Assembly (NCBI RefSeq): GCF_030684315.1
Contig: NC_081364.1
Coordinates: 53,282,152-53,346,151 of the forward strand
Length of the DNA: 64,000 nt
From: Stegostoma tigrinum
Lineage: Eukaryota
Direction: 5' to 3'
Shown here: positions 61,906 through 64,000 of the stretch, piece after piece
Position numbering within the stretch: position 1 is the stretch's first letter
Layout of the letters: the number at the start of each line of letters is the position of its first letter
Translations under genes and position numbers: made by a program
The notes under the pieces: model-generated
The model's database searches: none
Told to the model about the DNA's origin: nothing
Seen by the model: only the letters and a program-made list of their open reading frames with translations

Positions 61906-62149
61906 AACAAGGTGTAGAGCTGAATGAACACAGCAGGCCAAGCAGCATCAAGAGGACCAGGAAAGCTGACGTTTCGGGGTCTAGACCCTTCTTCAGAAAA
62001 AAAATTCTGAATTTCCATTTTGTCTGAAGAAGGGTCTAGACCCGAAACGTCAGTTTTCCTGCTCTTCGGCTGCTGCTTGGCTTGCTGTGTTCATCCAGCT
62101 CTACACCTTGTTATCACAGATTCTCCAGCATCGGCAGTTCCTACTTTCT
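61906..62149. mobile_element. Palindromic non-autonomous PLE-derived element
   Basis: Inverted arms; TSD-like ctgcagttttgattt 61891-61905 / ctgcagatttgatat 62150-62164. Confidence 0.85.
62024..62051 (+). ncRNA. Minimal hammerhead ribozyme motif
   Basis: ctgaaga-a-gggtctagaccc-gaaa-cg-tc with a fully palindromic helix II. Confidence 0.68.
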
Positions 62150-62440
62150 CTGCAGATTTGATATGATTTGATCGGACATTGATGCGACAATGCTTGGCAT
62201 CATTTCTGACTTCTCAGATACTTGAACAGTCTATATCACACAGTCTACTGACAGTGGTATATGTAGTGTTTTCATTGCAATTTATATAGCGAATGCAGCA
62301 AAGGGTTGAATATTTCCAGTAGTAGATTTATCTCGTAGCTGACGTGAAACGAACTTTAAATGGCATTTCCCGAAACTTAGTATTGGTCCTGTATTTATAT
62401 AGTGCCCTTAAAATCATACACATCCTAAGTTATTTTCCAG

Positions 62441-62700
62441 GAGCTTTTGCAAGCATGATTTGATGCCAAATCACATATTGAGGGCCGTGGCCAAAACAAG
62501 TAACTTGGTTTCGTTTTTTGAGCGGTTTAAAGAGGAAAGAGAGGCTCCGAGAATTAGAGAGCTTAGAGCCTGCGCAGCTGAAGATTCGACAACTGTTGGT
62601 AGAGCAAGGCAAATTCGTAATGGTCAAGAGTCAAGAATTGGGAATAGCGCAGGAATCTTCCAGCGTTGTGATGTTGAAAAAAGTTACAGAGTCACGAGAG
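62441..62700 (+). other. Putative exon 2 of the unidentified gene; reading frame unresolved
   Basis: ttttccag| acceptor and GAG|gtgagg donor. Two frames are open to the donor: ATG 62463 (MPNHILRAV...) and ATG 62620 (MVKSQELG...). Confidence 0.55.
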
Positions 62701-64000
62701 GTGAGGTAAAAGAGGAATTTGAAAACGAAAATCAGGAACCAGTGTATGTCACTGACTGGAGGAGTAATAGGACTTGGTGCAAACAATGACATTGGCACCA
62801 GAGTTTTGGATGACCTTAAGTTCACAAAGATGGATTTTTTTCCCCCATTGTTAGTGAGATTTTGGAACCATTGGCTAAACCAGCATTTATTGTACATGCT
62901 TAATTGCCCTTAAGAACTTGGTGGTGAGTCAGTCACCTTCTTGAAGCACTGCAGGTTATTGAGTGTTGGTATACTCAGTGCTATTAGGGAATGGGGTTCC
63001 AGTTTTTGAAATAGTAACAGTGCAGAAAAGGTAATATAGTGGCAAGTAAGGATAGTGTGTAGTTTAGACTGGTACTCACAGGGTATGGTTTCCCAGGCAT
63101 CTGCTGCACTTGTCTTTGTAAGTGATAGAAATCATAGATTTAGAAGGTGCTGTTGAAGAAGTTTTGGTAAATTGGTACTGTGGATCTTGTAGCAGTATAC
63201 ACTGCTGCCGCTGTGTGCCTGTAGTGGAGGGAGTGACATGGATTTTCTCACTATCTGAGGAATCAGAAATAGTGCTAAACATTGTCTGATTAACAGTGAA
63301 CATCCCATTTCTGACCTTGTGTTGGAGGAAAGGTCTTTACTGAAGCAGCTGAAGATGGTTAGGCCCAGAACACTACCCTGAGATATTTGGCTGTTGTGGT
63401 GCAGAGATCATATCTCTTCTTTTGGGCCAGAAAGTTTGGGTTCAAGTCCCACCTAGCTCCAGACGTGTATAATAATGCCACTAAACAGGTTCATCAGGAA
63501 ATGTCCAACAGATGCAACCACCTTCACTGGTGCTTGGAAGAACTCCAATCAATTGAGACTTTTCCATTAACATGTATTTTGACAGGACTCCTTGATGTCC
63601 CTTTCAGTCAAATGCTGCTTTGATATAAAGGGCAGTTACTCTTACCTAAGCTGTGGTGTTCAGCTCTTTTACTGATGTTTGGACTAAGGCTGCACTGAGG
63701 TCAGGAGCTGAGTGACCATTATGAAATCCAAACTATTAATGCTTAGGTTATTGCTGACTACATACTGCTTCAATGCACCATTGATTACCGCTTTCATCAT
63801 TTGACTAATGATCATGAGAAGACCGATAGGGTGGAGAATTCTGGAGGTGGTGGATTGGAATCTAATTTATTCAAGATGGAGTTTGGTATAGGATAGAATA
63901 TCAGTAGCAAAGTTTTGAATGATCTCATGCTTATGAAAGGGGGTCGCTAGGGTAACAGGAATATAAAAGCCTGGAGTGAAGAAGGGTGTTGGTTTTAAGA

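Overview
Vertebrate genomic DNA, very probably from a shark. This is inferred from the repeat content: HE1-type V-SINEs, CR1/HER1-type LINEs and abundant Penelope-like elements. The window holds four genes or gene parts. (1) Coding exon 1 of PDE12 (- strand). (2) A complete 10-exon V-ATPase accessory subunit S1-like gene (ATP6AP1L-type, - strand, 45488->12201), rebuilt by hand with consistent splice phases and ending at what may be a premature stop. (3) A complete 4-exon RPS23 (+ strand), head-to-head with that gene across a promoter of about 380 bp. (4) The 5' end of an unidentified + strand gene whose CpG-island promoter carries ETS sites and an RFX X-box. The rest is mobile DNA, including a degenerate Gypsy LTR element and many Penelope-like elements (PLEs). 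The most striking unannotated signal is more than a dozen intact or decayed minimal hammerhead-ribozyme motifs (CTGA[T/A]GA-N-stem-GAAA-CG-TC) from up to four PLE families. Several sit in short non-coding palindromic or solo units, each flanked by its own 9-15 bp target-site duplication (TSD). All calls come from reading the sequence by eye; no searches or folding were run.
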